Of a DNA stretch of 64,000 nt, positions 36,092 through 49,496 are shown in pieces. Under the pieces are notes generated by a model, which was given only the letters and a program-made list of their open reading frames with translations, did no database searches and was not told the DNA's origin. Within the stretch, counting starts at the first letter, position 1. Each line of letters opens with the position of its first letter. This DNA comes from Macrostomum lignano (taxonomy: Eukaryota), in NCBI GenBank assembly GCA_002269645.1, contig NIVC01001472.1:182205-246204 (forward strand), written 5' to 3'. A program made the translations under genes and the position numbers.

Positions 36092-36483
36092 CGTATCGTA
36101 CAGACATTTACGAACTCTCGTGGACTCCTGGAACCATCTGGACTGGAAGAGACGCACAGACATTCTTAGACATCTGTATATCTTGTACCTTTAAAAATAT
36201 TTGATAAACTTTAAAAGCATTACAATTTACAAGTTTCATTAACGAATACTTTTAATAGTACACTAAGAAGTTTGTCCCCTCCATGCTGGCACGATTGACC
36301 TCAGGTGGCCTTGTTTATAATGAGTTGGGCGAAAAAACCGCCCCCCCCTTTCCCTCGCCCTGGACGAAGAATAATGAGAAATTCGAAGTCAAAAGAAAGT
36401 GTTAGGTTACCCCAGGGTTGGGCCTAGACCCTCTGAAGCAACTAATTAATCTGCTTCAAGTTCAAGCCAGCCAGCCAGCTTAC

Positions 36484-36720
36484 ATTAGCATATGGAGCTT
36501 TGTTAATGCCCGAGCCTGCATAGCTGGGACTGCCGCCGCCGCAGCCTCGCCTAACGCACAGGATGCAGGCGTTGCAAATGTGGCCAGATCGATTGCGCGC
36601 CTTGGCGCCAAACACCTGCGCGAAATTGGCTTCGTAATCGGTTGACAATTGGAAACGGGTTGTGCTGCTCTTTGTTGCACAAATACAGCAGCCGTCTTTG
36701 TGCCGAAACTGCTGCTTCAT
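36484..36720 (-). CDS. SINHCAF: SINHCAF/FAM60A homolog, coding exon 1 (zinc-finger-like domain); whole protein ~302 aa
   Basis: DGCCICATKSSTTRF...YEANFAQVFG...RSGHICNACILCVRR matches recalled FAM60A EGCCICRAKSSSSRF...YEKDFQSCFG...RSGDICNACVLLVKR; GTAAGC donor phase 0. Confidence 0.92.
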
Positions 36721-37426
36721 TGGGGTGTACTTTAGTTAGTTTGCTATTCAACACTCTTTGTTTCAATCTCGACCACAGCAACAAAGACTAGCGGCTGTCA
36801 GCAAGGAGTCTGAGCAGAATGGCACTGCAACTCGCCCAGCGCTTTGTGAGCAGTAAGTTCTGCAATACTGAAAGTTGGATAAAGAGTTAAAGCCCTGTAA
36901 GGTTTTTTGTAAAGAATTTTAAACCATATTAACTAGATATTACTTTAGAATTAAAAAAATCCCTTTATGTAAGATAAGTATAAATACTTGGTGATTTCAT
37001 TCATTGTACTACAATGAACTCAAAGGGTCAAATTATTCTTTGGCCTATGCCTATTTTTTTGTTTTTATATTTTCAGAAAATAACATTTTATTTGCTAGTA
37101 AAAACATAAAATAAATCTTCAATTTATTTACTCATAAACTGTTTATATATTTATTATATTATAATAAAAATATTATTTGTTTCTCTTGATTGAGATATTG
37201 GATAGCTGTCTTTATTTAGCCAGTCTTTCAATCAATATTGATATTTTTTGTTTTGGTCAATCATCTTAGGAGTATGCTAGAAGGTAGAAGCTAGAAGCCT
37301 GCTAGAAGCCCATAAAAAGATATGTATGATATATTGAAACAAGTATAAATTTTAGATATTTAAATATTCTAATAGAACAAGTGAACTAGGTTAAAAATAT
37401 TAAAGGTATTTAAAAAGATAATACAA

Positions 37427-38270
37427 TCTCTACATATAAAAATCAAAACTCTGTCTGTGTATCTGTGTGTCTGTGTGTGGACAATTTTGATTGCTATGGA
37501 CTCCCAAACCGCTCAACCAAATGACACCAAACTTTACACCCACCCTAAACTTACTACGGAGAATGTCTTAGGCTACCTTTAAATTTCCTAGACTTAAGTC
37601 TTCCTACCTAATATAATATAATAATATTATGTTTAGTCAATTATATACTATATAAATGAAAACATATATATTTAATAACTCAAATATCAAATGCTAGAAA
37701 TCATAAAAATACTATCATATAGTCTTCAATGAAGTTAGCCTTAGTTGCCTATCTTTAAATATAGCAATATAACTATTCACTAATAGAACAATTATGTTAT
37801 CATTACATAGGCTTTATAATACTAACCTACTTATAGATAAATGTCATATGTATTATTAAACATGGTTCAAAAACAGCAATAAGTTATTTTTTTAATATTT
37901 TTATAACCCTTACTTTAAAACCTCACTATATATAATGATACATTTATTTAGTAGAAACTTGAATTATAATATAATTATAATACTTGTACTAAGGCCTGTC
38001 TCAAAGGGTTCATAAAAAGTAAAATCTTCAATTAGGCCTAAACTAGTAAATATCACACTATTTAGTATTCACTTAAAAATACTTTGTAAAATATTTTACA
38101 AAATGTCAACAGCAAAAAAATAAAAAACAGTAATTCTGCTGAGCACCAGAAACAAATATGGAAACAGAACAGTCACTTTTCACACGATATACAGAATAGC
38201 TCTACAATAATTAGACTTAGCCGTTAAGATTATTTTATTAAATAAATACGGCTAGCGAAGTAGCACAAGT
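37427..38270 (+). mobile_element. Possible non-autonomous Helitron-like element (degenerate)
   Basis: A|TC start, TCTACATATAAAAATC followed by a TGTC/TG microsatellite and AAACCGCTCAACCAAATGACACCAAACTTT; possible GCTA-GCGAAG-TAGC hairpin near 38250; 3' CTAG not evident, right boundary uncertain. Confidence 0.4.
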
Positions 38271-39394
38271 TCTGACTTTAGAGGTCAAGGAGGAAATGAT
38301 TCAATGGTTCCCTTTGCTTTGTTTATGATGTAAAAGCCAGTCCAAAAAAGGCTTTTATATAAAACGCTATGACACTCTATTTCATTAAGCTTTTTAGACG
38401 AAATAGTCAATTAGCTCTAATTGACCACTTCATGGAATAATCATATACGCAATTTTTTTATCGTATGTCTGTAAATTTTGTTATATTGTCGCGAAAAGTA
38501 AAGGCGTATATTTAAATTAAACACATCACACTTAGATTGTTATATTTTTCAGGAACGATTTTTCCATTCTCATCCGAATCACTCCGATAGGTCTCTTGTT
38601 GTTATATAGAAAAACATCAGTCGTGTCGTTCTGACTAAAGCTGGTATCCAAACTACAAGACGTTTTGGTATATCACACTACCAGCCTGATCTTAAATAAA
38701 GCCGAAAAACGATACTATACGTACATGTACACGTTTAAATTACTCAACGAGAGTTAGTGCATGCATATCGCGACAACCTACAAAATTCTTTATTTGTCCA
38801 CAAACTTGTATAAGTTTTGAAAGGCGGTCTCTGCTGGTAAATATGCCGTACTACAGTAGCAAAAAGGCTCGACAATTACTTAACAGCTATTTGCCCGATT
38901 AAAGACAGTGATAACTGTACTTATTACTTTCAACATAAAAAAACAACCCTTGAATGTCAGTACGAAACTTATTAACAAGAGAGAAGAAAAGTGATAGCGA
39001 TTTCTGTTTAGCGATTTGTTGGGCATCAAGCGAGCACAATTATCTAGAAAATTACACCCAAGCGCTTTTTAATTAAGTTAGCCTAGAATAAAATTTTAGT
39101 CATCACTACCTGCTGACATTCGATCACATATATTGAAGGTTTAAAAGAGATTTTAAATACATTCGGACTTACATCTTTAGCTTTAAGCAAGGGTCTGAAA
39201 ATTGCTTCCATTTATAATGGCCAATAGAAAGTGCATTTAAATCACAGTCCATATGCATCAAAGCGCTTGAGAAGAGATTGCTTTTCAAGCAAGGAAAGAG
39301 TAAAAAGCAAAGAAGCCAACAGCAGATAAAAGCAAAACCACGCTAAAAGCAAATAAAAGTAAAAACTAGTCGACAGTTCAAGCTTTTTCAGCCG

Positions 39395-39499
39395 TCAGCT
39401 GACGCTCTCCCTCTTCTTGCGATCCTCGGCATCCTTGGAAATTTTGTCCACCTTCTCGTGGTGCATGCTGACGCGCTTGATTGTCTCGGCCTCTTTTCT
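39395..39499 (-). CDS. Stathmin-domain (STMND1-like) protein, last exon (RKEAETIKRVSMHHEKVDKISKDAEDRKKRESVS*)
   Basis: GCCATAG acceptor phase 0, open to TGA; continues the AEAEERRK coiled coil. Confidence 0.75.
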   Translation of the reverse strand, partial: RKEAETIKRVSMHHEKVDKISKDAEDRKKRESVS

Positions 39500-39680
39500 C
39501 TATGGCGAAAGGGGTGGTTAAAGAAAATTCATTTCAGCTGACCCTTCACTGCGTTGCAATTAGTGTAGCATCGTAACGGCTTTGACAAGCTGTTAAAGAG
39601 AAAATATTCTGTGATTGTTAATTTTCATTCTATTCATCATCGCGGTTAGCATGAAATGAAAATTTCTTGCAATCTGCGAT

Positions 39681-40290
39681 CAGTGGCGGATTTAGAAATA
39701 TGCGCTTGTAAAATGATAGGCGGATTTTAACCATAAGAGTGGGGGCGCCATAATATACACTAGAGGGGGGGCATAATATACAATAGAGGGGCGCCATAAT
39801 ATATACTAGAGGGGCGCCATAATATACACTAGAGGGGCGCCATAATATACACTAGAGGGGCGCCATAATATATACTAGAGGGGTGTCATATCTACACTAG
39901 AGGGGCGCCACAATATACAATAGAGGGGCGCCACAATATACAATAGAGGGGGGCCACAATATACAATAGAGGGGCGCCACAATATACAATAGAGGGGCGC
40001 CACAATATACAATAGAGGGGCGCCACAATATACACTAGAGGGGCGCTAAACTGAGAAAACTGAATGGGGGGGCGGTGAAGACCTTTTTTATTTTTTATGA
40101 GGACCTGAGCGCATAGTATGAAGTTAGCCAGGCAACTTCTATGCTTGTGTCTTTGGCACTTCTTCCTGTTTTTGGATTTAATCACTCCGTCTATTCAAAG
40201 TATTACAGTTCAGAATATTGATCATATTTGGGGCTGCCAGCCCAAAAGGGAAAGGGGCGCCATCATCCCCCCCCCCTTAAATCCGCCCTG
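39681..40290 (+). mobile_element. 610-bp hAT MITE containing a 23-bp minisatellite (CTAGAGGGGCGCCATAATATATA)
   Basis: Ends CAGTGGCGGATTTA / TAAATCCGCCCTG; perfect 8-bp TSD TCTGCGAT (39673-80, 40291-98). Confidence 0.9.
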
Positions 40291-40587
40291 TCTGCGATGC
40301 TGCTATTCACTTTATTTCCATATAGATAAACTTTGAGCATCGTAAATCCTGAGTCATTACTGGGGCCAATGCTATACGAGGTTGGGTTCGTTGAGTCCTC
40401 CCTAGGGATGAAGGAAGAGTCAAAAGAGAGAGGGGGGACAGACGGAGACCAACTGCAAATGGCAAATGAGTCATGGAAAATCTTAAAATAAAATCTTCCA
40501 CTCTTTACTGAAAACGAATATTAGCAGGTTCGCCAACTGTTTTGATTTCAAATAAATTTTAAGCTATCTAACTTCGCTTCATCTCAC

Positions 40588-40799
40588 CTTCCGTCTCTCC
40601 TCAGCCTCCGCCTGTCGCCGGGTCATAACCTCGGCTGTGATGCCTTCGCGATCCTCCATCCTCTGCTCCAGATGCCTGGGTCGCCGGCCGCCAGTCTGGG
40701 CGATGTTCTCCTCATCCACGGGCACCTGGAAGGCCGCAGGCGCCGGCTGCTGTCGCTGCTCAGAGTCGTCCGACATCGAATAGCTTGGCTGCACTTGCG
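40588..40799 (-). CDS. Stathmin-domain (STMND1-like) protein, penultimate exon (...AFQVPVDEENI...RRPRHLEQRMEDREGITAEVMTRRQAEAEERRK)
   Basis: GTGAGA donor phase 0; AFxVP, (K/R)PP/PRxL and AEERRK motifs recalled from stathmin-like domains; 5' acceptor and upstream exons uncertain. Confidence 0.72.
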
Positions 40800-41505
40800 C
40801 TATGAGCACACTGGGGCTGTCTGCTTTTTGGCAGCGCTTCGTAGGCCCCGGGGTGGGGGAAATGTCTCCTCCTATATAGATCCAGGACTTTCTGCCATTG
40901 GCCAGCACTATGGGGTGATTCACAGCAAGGCTACTGATAACGTTCCCTGCGTCAGCCATCAGAAATCATCTCCCTTTCCGGACGAACAACTCCCCAATCC
41001 CCATTTTTCATTTCATCTTTCCCCTCTAGCTGGCCTGCCGCGTATTAGTAATGCGCTCGTGTATAAGGAAAAAGTGGGGAAGATTCGGGCAGCTCCCAGA
41101 GTGGGATAATTTTGCTTTCTCTCTGACACCGAATACTGTACGTATTCCCTGGGCTAACTAATCGCTAGTATGGATATTAGCTAATGTTAGTTTAGTTTGG
41201 TCAACTGTTCTTAAACTCCGGGTGATACAGAGGTGGGGTCCGTCCAGAATTTTCCCAGTGGGGGGAGAGAGGTCGGCTGACCCTATCGACTCCTTGAATC
41301 CATTTACAATAAATTCATTTTCTATTAGTTCACGTTGAGTTAAAAACATCAAATATTCTGATTTCTACTAATCTGTATACTACAAGTAGTGCATATAAAT
41401 AAAGGATGACAGATCAAAATTGCCATCGCCAGAGCACTTTGGCGAGGCGAAGCTTTGCAAATCATTGATAATGACAAGACTGCTGAGAATACGGCTCATT
41501 AGGGG

Positions 41506-42020
41506 CCCTCCCCGACAACAACAGCCCCTCCCCGACAACAACAGCCCCCACCCGACAACAACAGCCCCCACCCGACAACAACAGCCCCTCCCCGACAACA
41601 ACAGCCACTCCCCGACAACAACAGCCCCTCCCCGACAACAACAGCCCCCACCCGACAACAACAGCCCCTCCCCGACAACAACAGCCCCTCCCCGACAACA
41701 ACAGCCCCCCCGACAACAACAGCCCCTCCCCGACAACAACAGCCCCCACCCGACAACAACAGCCCCTCCCCGACAACAACAGCCACTCCCCAACAACAAC
41801 AGCCCCACCCGACAACAACAGCCCCTCCCCGACAACAACAGCCCCTCCCCGACAACAACAGCCCCTCCCCGACAACAACAGCCCCTCCCCGACAACAACA
41901 GCCCCTCCCCGACAACAACAGCCTCTCCCCGACAACAACAGCCCCTTCCTGACAACAACAGCCCCTCCCCAACAACCCCTTAACAACGCCCCCCAATAAC
42001 AACAGCCACCAACAACAACA
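41506..42020. repeat. 21-bp minisatellite (CCCGACAACAACAGCCCCTCC), ~23 copies
   Basis: Direct tandem periodicity. Confidence 0.93.
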
Positions 42021-43077
42021 TCCTCTCCCTAAGAACCCTCTAATATCCCCCTTAACCCCATTAACAGCACCCCCACAACAACAGTCATGGAGCATGCGGA
42101 GGGCTCAGGAAATCGCGAGAAGCTTATACTGCTGGCACCCAAGCCACTGAGCTGTCCCCCCAGTCTGGCTCCCACCTGTCAGCGCCACTTTCTCACTAAG
42201 CCGAGCTGCCCCCACATCTATCAATATCCATTTAAAAAAGCCAGTCACCATCACCCCAGCGTCCTTTGCCAATTATTCCCACTTGATGAGTCATTAGCGA
42301 CTACAAGGGGGGAACTCCCCTATTAAGCTGTGTAAAAAAGCGTTACACATGTTTTTTATCTAGACAAATAGCATCATAGCATGATAATTTTTTTCTGTCA
42401 TAATTTGTGTCGCGGGCCTCCTCTTCACCTGTCCGTCATTAACTCCTGTGAATTTTGGTCTTAAGCCCTACATAGAATGCGTGCGGGCTAGGGGGGCTTG
42501 CATACCAGAGAGAGCCATTGGCCTGTTGGGCTGAGGGCCAATGAATGCTTCGGTATAGCCTCTAGCAGTCTTATAAGAGATTTGGAGACAATTGATAAGT
42601 CCAAAATAGAAATAAACTCTCACTGTCTGTCTGCATATAGTTCTGCCTTCAGCACCATTGAGTCATAGTTAAGCTATTAACCATTCGGTATTGCATTAAT
42701 AACTCTTTTGTAATGCAGTGATAAGCTAAAGGTGCCATCAAGTTCTCGGCTTTTGATTGGAATCGAGCACTCTGATAACTCCGACAGTAATCTGAGGTAA
42801 GTTACTCGTACGCTTAAACTTCCTTATTGAATCATTATAAAAAGTAGAAAGTCTTAAAATTCAATATGATATTCTGTTCTGACAAACCATCCGAACCGAT
42901 CTGACCCCTAAGCATTGCTTTCGGTCGGACATCCCGACCGTTAATTTTGGATGTCTAAGATCTTTGCCAATCAGGCTGACATCCTGACCTCTGAGTAGAA
43001 TCGGAGAGTAGAGGGTAGAAAGTAGAGTCAAGAGTAGAGAGTAGAGAGTAGTGAGCAGGAAGTAGACATTTCAATCC

Positions 43078-43558
43078 TTGAAATCCCAATCTGTGACATC
43101 CCACCCCTGATATCCCAATCTGTGACATCCCACCCCCTGATATCCCAATCTGTGACATCCCACCCCCTGATATCCCAATCTGTGACATCCCACCCCCTGA
43201 TATCCCAATCTGTGACATCCCACCCCCTGATATCCCAATCTGTGACATCCCACCCCCTGATATCCCAATCTGTGACATCCCACCCCCTGATATCCCAATC
43301 TGTGACATCCCACCCCCTGATATCCCAATCTGTGACATCCCACCCCCTGATATCCCAATCTGTGACATCCCACCCCTGATATCCCAATCTGTGACATCCC
43401 ACCCCCTGATATCCCAATCTGTGACATCCCACCCCCTGATATCCCAATCTGTGACATCCCAGCCCCTGATATCCCGATCTGTGACATCCCACCCCTGATA
43501 TCCCAATCTGTGACATCCCACCCCCTGATATCCCAATCTGTGACATCCCACCCCTGAG
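43078..43558. repeat. 30-bp minisatellite (TATCCCAATCTGTGACATCCCACCCCCTGA), ~16 copies
   Basis: Direct tandem periodicity. Confidence 0.95.
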
Positions 43559-43596
43559 AGATTGGGATTGAGATTGGGATATCTCAATCCCAATCA

Positions 43597-44145
43597 ATCG
43601 GTCTGACAACCCGTCAATCGGTCTGACAACCCGTCAATCTGTCTGACAACCCGTCAATCTGTCTGACAACGCCGTCAATCGGTCTGACAACCCTGATAAT
43701 CGGTCTGTCAACCCCGTCAATCGGTCTGACAATCCATTAATCGGTCTGTCAACCCCGTCAATCGGTCTGACAATCCATTAATCGGTCTGTCAACCCCGTC
43801 AATCGGTCTGACAATCCATTAATCTGTCTGACAACCCCGTCAATCTGTCTGACAACCCTGATAATCGGTCTGTCAACCCCGTCAATCGGTCTGACAATCC
43901 ATTAATCTGTCTGACAACCCCGTCAATCTGTCTGACAACGCCGTCAATCGGTCTGACAACCCTGATAATCGGTCTGTCAACCCCGTCAATCGGTCTGACA
44001 ATCCATTAATCGGTCTGTCAACCCGTCAATCGGTCTAACAATCCATTAATCGGTCTGATAACCCCGTCAATATGTCTGACAACCCGTCAATCTATCTGAC
44101 AACCCCCTCAATGGGTCCGACAACCCCGTCAATCGGTCTGACATC
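43597..44145. repeat. ~21-bp minisatellite (AATCGGTCTGACAACCCCGTC), ~26 copies
   Basis: Direct tandem periodicity; nearly abuts the previous array. Confidence 0.92.
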
Positions 44146-45014
44146 CAATCTTTTCTGAGTCAACGCACAACAATCAACAAGAGTTCAGCACTTCCAAAAA
44201 TGAGCACATTTTAAATTGAAAGACAGCTTCCGCAGAGCTAGTAGAGTAAGGAGAGAGTGAAACAAATTAAAAGGGCCTCCTGGCTCAGTGTATGTAGAGA
44301 GAGAGAGAGGGTGGAGCGGCCACTCCAGTAGTGTATTTCACAGATAGACAGGCAAGCAAGGTGCCAAGCGAAAGTCTGCAGCTCCAATATGCGAGTAGGG
44401 TGTTAGCTGGTATTATGTTTGTTCTGGTCAAGCGCTTCAATATTGAATGTGTCAGCTCCCAGCACATAGCTGCGCGGCCTGCATGGGTGTTGGGAGAAAA
44501 ATAAGTGCGAAATATTGGGGGTGGAGCAGTGGCTGTTTAGCTTAGCATAAGCTAGTCCTCAAATGAGGATTCAGACTGCGACTGGCTTGAATTTCACTGA
44601 CTTTTCTCTCTCTCTCTTTCAATTCTCGGTTTTTTGTGTTCAGCTTGAGTGAGCAAAGCTGCATTTTGACTGGCTCTGGCTTGGATTGTAAATGCCGCTT
44701 GACCTGCTAAGACTCTTGATGCCTCAGACTGAGAGACGCTGCTCTCTTATGTCTGGATTGGACAGTTTTATTAGGGGGTCCTTGGCTTGCTCTATAGGTT
44801 TTTGGCTGCCTGAGACAGTGCTGCTGTTGATAGGCGGTGAAGGTAAGACTGAAAGTCTGCGTCCCTGTCTGTTTTGGAGCAGAGGCTCGTTAACTTACTG
44901 TTCTCGACTGTGAGATAGTTCACGTGGTCAAGTCACAGTTTGATGGAAGTTGCGGGTCTGAACTAATTGACTTTATTCATTAGCCTTTTAGCCTTTGACT
45001 TAGGGACTCTGGAA

Positions 45015-46443
45015 GCCTGAAGAACTAGTAGTGAGACTGAAGGACTAGTAGTGAGACTGAAGGACTAGTAGTGAGACTGAAGGACTAGTAGTGAGACAGC
45101 CTGAAGGACTAGTAGTGAGACTGAAGGACTAGTAGTGAGACTGAAGGACTAGTAGTGAGACAGCCTGAAGGACTAGTAGTGAGACTGAAGGACTAGTAGT
45201 GAGACTGAAGGACTAGTAGTGAGACAGCCTGAAGGACTAGTAGTGAGACAGCCTGAAGGACTAGTAGTGAGACAGCCTGAAGGACTAGTAGTGAGACAGC
45301 CTGAAGGACTAGTAGTGAGACAGCCTGAAGGACTAGTAGTGAGACAGCCTGAAGGACTAGTAGTGAGACAGCCTGAAGGAATGGTAGTGAGACAGCCTGA
45401 AGGACTGGTAGTGAGACAGCCTGAAGGACTAGTAGTGAGACTGAAGGACTAGTAGTGAGACAGCCTGAAGGACTAGTAGTGAGACAGCCTGAAGGACTAG
45501 TAGTGAGACTGAAGGACTAGTAGTGAGACTGAAGGACTAGTAGTGAGACAGCCTGAAGGACTAGTAGTGAGACAGCCTGAAGGACTAGTAGTGAGACAGC
45601 CTGAAGGACTAGTAGTGAGACAGCCTGAAGGACTAGTAGTGAGACAGCCTGAAGGACTAGTAGTGAGACAGCCTGAAGGAATGGTAGTGAGACAGCCTGA
45701 AGGACTGGTAGTGAGACAGCCTGAAGGACTAGTAGTGAGACTGAAGGACTAGTAGTGAGACAGCCTGAAGGACTAGTAGTGAGACAGCCTGAAGGACTAG
45801 TAGTGAGACAGCCTGAAGGACTAGTAGTGAGACAGCCTGAAGGACTAGTAGTGAGACAGCCTGAAGGACTAGTAGTGAGACAGCCTGAAGGAATGGTAGT
45901 GAGACAGCCTGAAGGAATGGTAGTGAGACAGCCTGAAGGACTGGTAGTGAGACAGCCTGAAGGAATGGTAGTGAGACAGCCTGAAGGACTAGTAGTGAGA
46001 CAGCCTGAAGGACTGGTAGTGAGACAGCCTGAAGGAATGGTAGTGAGACAGCCTGAAGGACTAGTAGTGAGACAGCCTGAAGGAATGGTAGTGAGACAGC
46101 CTGAAGGAATGGTAGTGAGACAGCCTGAAGGACTAGTAGTGAGACAGCCTGAAGGACAGGTAGTGAGACAGCCTGAAGGACAGGTAGTGTGTCAGCCTGA
46201 AGGAATGGTAGTGAGACAGCCTGGAGGAATGGTAGTGAGACAGCCTGAAGAACTAGTAGTGAGACACCCTGAAGGAATGGTAGTGAGACAGCCTGAAGGA
46301 CAGGTAGTGAGACAGCCTGAAGGACAGGTAGTGTGTCAGCCTGAAGGAATGGTAGTGAGACAGCCTGAAGGAATGGTAGTGAGACAGCCTGAAGGACTAG
46401 TAGTGAGACACCCTGAAGGAATGGTAGTGAGACAGCCTGAAGG
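45015..46443. repeat. 24-bp minisatellite (CAGCCTGAAGGACTAGTAGTGAGA) with a 20-bp variant lacking CAGC, ~60 copies
   Basis: Direct tandem periodicity; 300-bp block duplication (45361/45661). Confidence 0.95.
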
Positions 46444-47207
46444 ATCACTGCTAGGCTCGTATTTGAACCAAAGCGAGACAGCAATTTATTTGTATCGAGT
46501 AACAGAGTTGCCCAAAGCGAAGTAGAATAGGCCAAAAAGCAGAGATAAAATCTGTAAAACTTTCGCTTTATTGTCCGACACAATGCTACACGACCCCCCC
46601 TCCTGAGTCGCTCCAATGGAGAGTTCTATGAGAACAAGAATCGAACAAAAGGCCACACTACATAGCATTCGGGCGTGCGGGACCACCCCACAGATAGGCT
46701 GATAGCAACTATAAGATAAAAATTGAGCAAATGCTCATATGATAAAGCATATATTTCAGTGTCTATTCTAGTGCATTCTAATAGCATCCAGTACCGTCAA
46801 GCAGTTCTAATACAAATAATAAATGCGCAATAAGCCTCAGCCGAGTGCGCAGTTGAGCGGTTCGGACAAATTTTGTGCTGAGTTGCACATTTTCTATAAA
46901 AAAACATTCGACACAAACTTTTGCTTCACTGCACCAGTGAGCATAAGAGAGACCAGGGCAGCACCAGAGGGAGAATAACAGTGGTTTTTTTTCTCCGATC
47001 GAGAAAATTCTGTCAATGTCACGAAATCCTCCCGCCACCCAGTGGCGACCCAGGCTGAGGGTTCTATTCCAATGAGTATAATCATAAATGCGAATTGGAA
47101 TGCCTTCTTATGGATATTTCTATGCTCTAAGCCGGTAAACATTAACAATTATGCTGCTAATATGTTAATATAGATTCTAAATTAGCGATTAATGTTAACT
47201 GCTTTGG

Positions 47208-47700
47208 CACCTGACACCTCACTTAGACACCATTCTGACACCCTTCTGACACCTTTCTGACACCCTTCTGAATCTTTCTGACACCCTTCTGACACCTTTC
47301 TGACACCCTTCTGAATCTTTCTGACACCTTTCTGACACCTTTCTGACACCCTTCTGAATCTTTCTGACACCCTTCTGACACCTTTCTGACACCATTCTGA
47401 CACCTCACTTAACACAATGTTGACACCCTTTTGACACCATCTGACACCTCACTTAGACACCATGCTGACACCCTTCTGTCACCTTTCTGACACCATGCTG
47501 ACACCCTTCTGTCACCCTTCTGACACCATGCTGACACCCTTCTGTCTCCCTTCTGACACCATGCTGACACCCTTCTGTCACCCTTCTGACACAATGCTGA
47601 CACCCTTCTGTCACCCTTCTGACACAATGCTGACACATTCTGACACTTTTTTTACACTTTCCTTAGACAACCTTCCTGAAACACCATTGTGACACCCTGC
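47208..47700. repeat. 11-bp-based repeat (CTGACACCCTT) in 22-33-bp multimers
   Basis: Direct tandem periodicity. Confidence 0.9.
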
Positions 47701-48863
47701 AGCGACACCTTTCTAGTGCCCCAGAAGTTTGTTACATTTCTCTGAATTTTGAATGCTCTAACGAAAATTATCACTCTCCCGGCTTAGCGCTCTCCTTTCA
47801 TCTCCTCCGCCTCAATATTCCACCTGCATTATTTAGACACCTGTGTGCAGAGAGAATCATTTTGCTACAACATTGGCTACAGCAATAAACACTTGAGCAC
47901 TGCTCACGGCGGGGGGGGGAGCATTCTCTATACAATCGAATCCCTCCCGCTGTGCAGCGGCAAAATTAATTGACAGTTGAGGCCAGCCTGACTGAGCGGA
48001 ACCCCGTCATGTCGAGTTGCGCAACACCCAAAACACTCGGAGGGGGGCTGGGTGTGTTGGCACGAGCCCGCATGCTCCCCAAACAAATGAAATATTATTC
48101 AACTTTGCGGGGCAATTTTTCATGCTGCACTCAGGGCACGCACTCATAAAACACACGCTCACACAGGGTGGACCGCGGCCCTGACTTTCAAATCGTCAGG
48201 CATGTACAGTCTCTGTGCCTTGGGGGGTTCGTCCTCATGGTTGTGAATATGAATTTTCACAATTATGAAAAATACCCGCTTCGTGACACAGCTCACACAG
48301 CCATCTCGCAAATAAAAGAGGAACCAACAGTACTGCAGACGCTTGTAATTGCATTGAGGCCGCTGGACCTGAACTCAGCCTCAACCTGCCTAATGCAGCT
48401 TCCCCTCTTCATCCCCCACTCTTACTTTCCCGTGCTGGAGCTGGGGATAAGTCGGAGGGAGGATATCTGGGGAGATACCGCGGGATGCTGTGGGGAGGCT
48501 GTGGGCTTTTTGAGACCTGAGCTAGCCTAGCAATGATGGGGCACAGATGCAGCTGGGCACACGCCGAGCAAACAACTTCCCAGACTGGATGGCGGGGAAC
48601 AAAAGAAGCTGCATGGAGCTTTAGCCGCGCTTCTCTTCTTCCCGAGAATCTCCCCCCCCCCAATTTGCCTGGATATCTGCTTCGGCTGCACCTGCTTGCC
48701 TGCCTGTCTGCTCCCGGAGGTGGGGTTGCAAACTCAGCAAGCGTAACGGGAGCGCACTCAGCCACCAGGGTAGCTGCATCTTAATATTATTGAACAATCG
48801 ATATTGCTTAGCGGTGAAATGTAAACAAAGAAAAATATTAGTTAGTATTAACACTGATAGCAG

Positions 48864-49137
48864 TAATGATAATAATTGATTACAACTGCCCCGATTGGGC
48901 CAGATGTGCAACCGACAGCTCAACCGCAGCATCTGAAGACTGCGTACGGCTGTTCAGTCCAAGGACTGGGGGGGGGGGGTCGCCACACACCCTCAATTAC
49001 CCCAGCTAATGCTGGCGTGGCGCCAGTTTTACAGCTGGGTGAACTGAAGCAATGCAGAGTTAAGTGTCTTGCTCATTGATCCATTAGGATCGGGAATCGA
49101 ACCCCCGACCTTTAAGTCGTAGGTCCGACGCTCTAAC
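48864..49137 (-). mobile_element. tRNA-derived CORE-like SINE (copy 3), head slightly truncated
   Basis: Homologous to copies 1 and 2, including B box and tail. Confidence 0.88.
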
Positions 49138-49496
49138 GATGAAAGTCAGGGCGGGCACGGCTGCTTGCCTCTTCAAAGTCGCCTTGATCAGCGGCCGAAC
49201 TGATGACTCAGCTGAGCGGATTACATGCTATTAAAAACACTTATTTCTCTTAATGATGACGTAATCGAAATATTACTTCTAAGGAAACTTGTAATTGTAA
49301 TCCAACGCAACCACTTAGCTAGAAAAGCAGCATCTGCACACCTGAAGCGGTCAGTGCCGCTGTGACTGGCACTCCATGCGGCTGGGGTTCTGGATGTGCC
49401 AATCAGCTTATAGCCCTTCGATATCCCTGAATCTTCATCATCATTCCTTTTATCGCCAATCTCCGTACGCTATCTAGATATTTACCTGCTGCACAG

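Noticed and set aside
46486-47148. Hydrophobic minus-strand ORFs suggesting a membrane protein
   Set aside because: Frames do not join via plausible splice sites and no family motif was recognised; an HMM search would be needed
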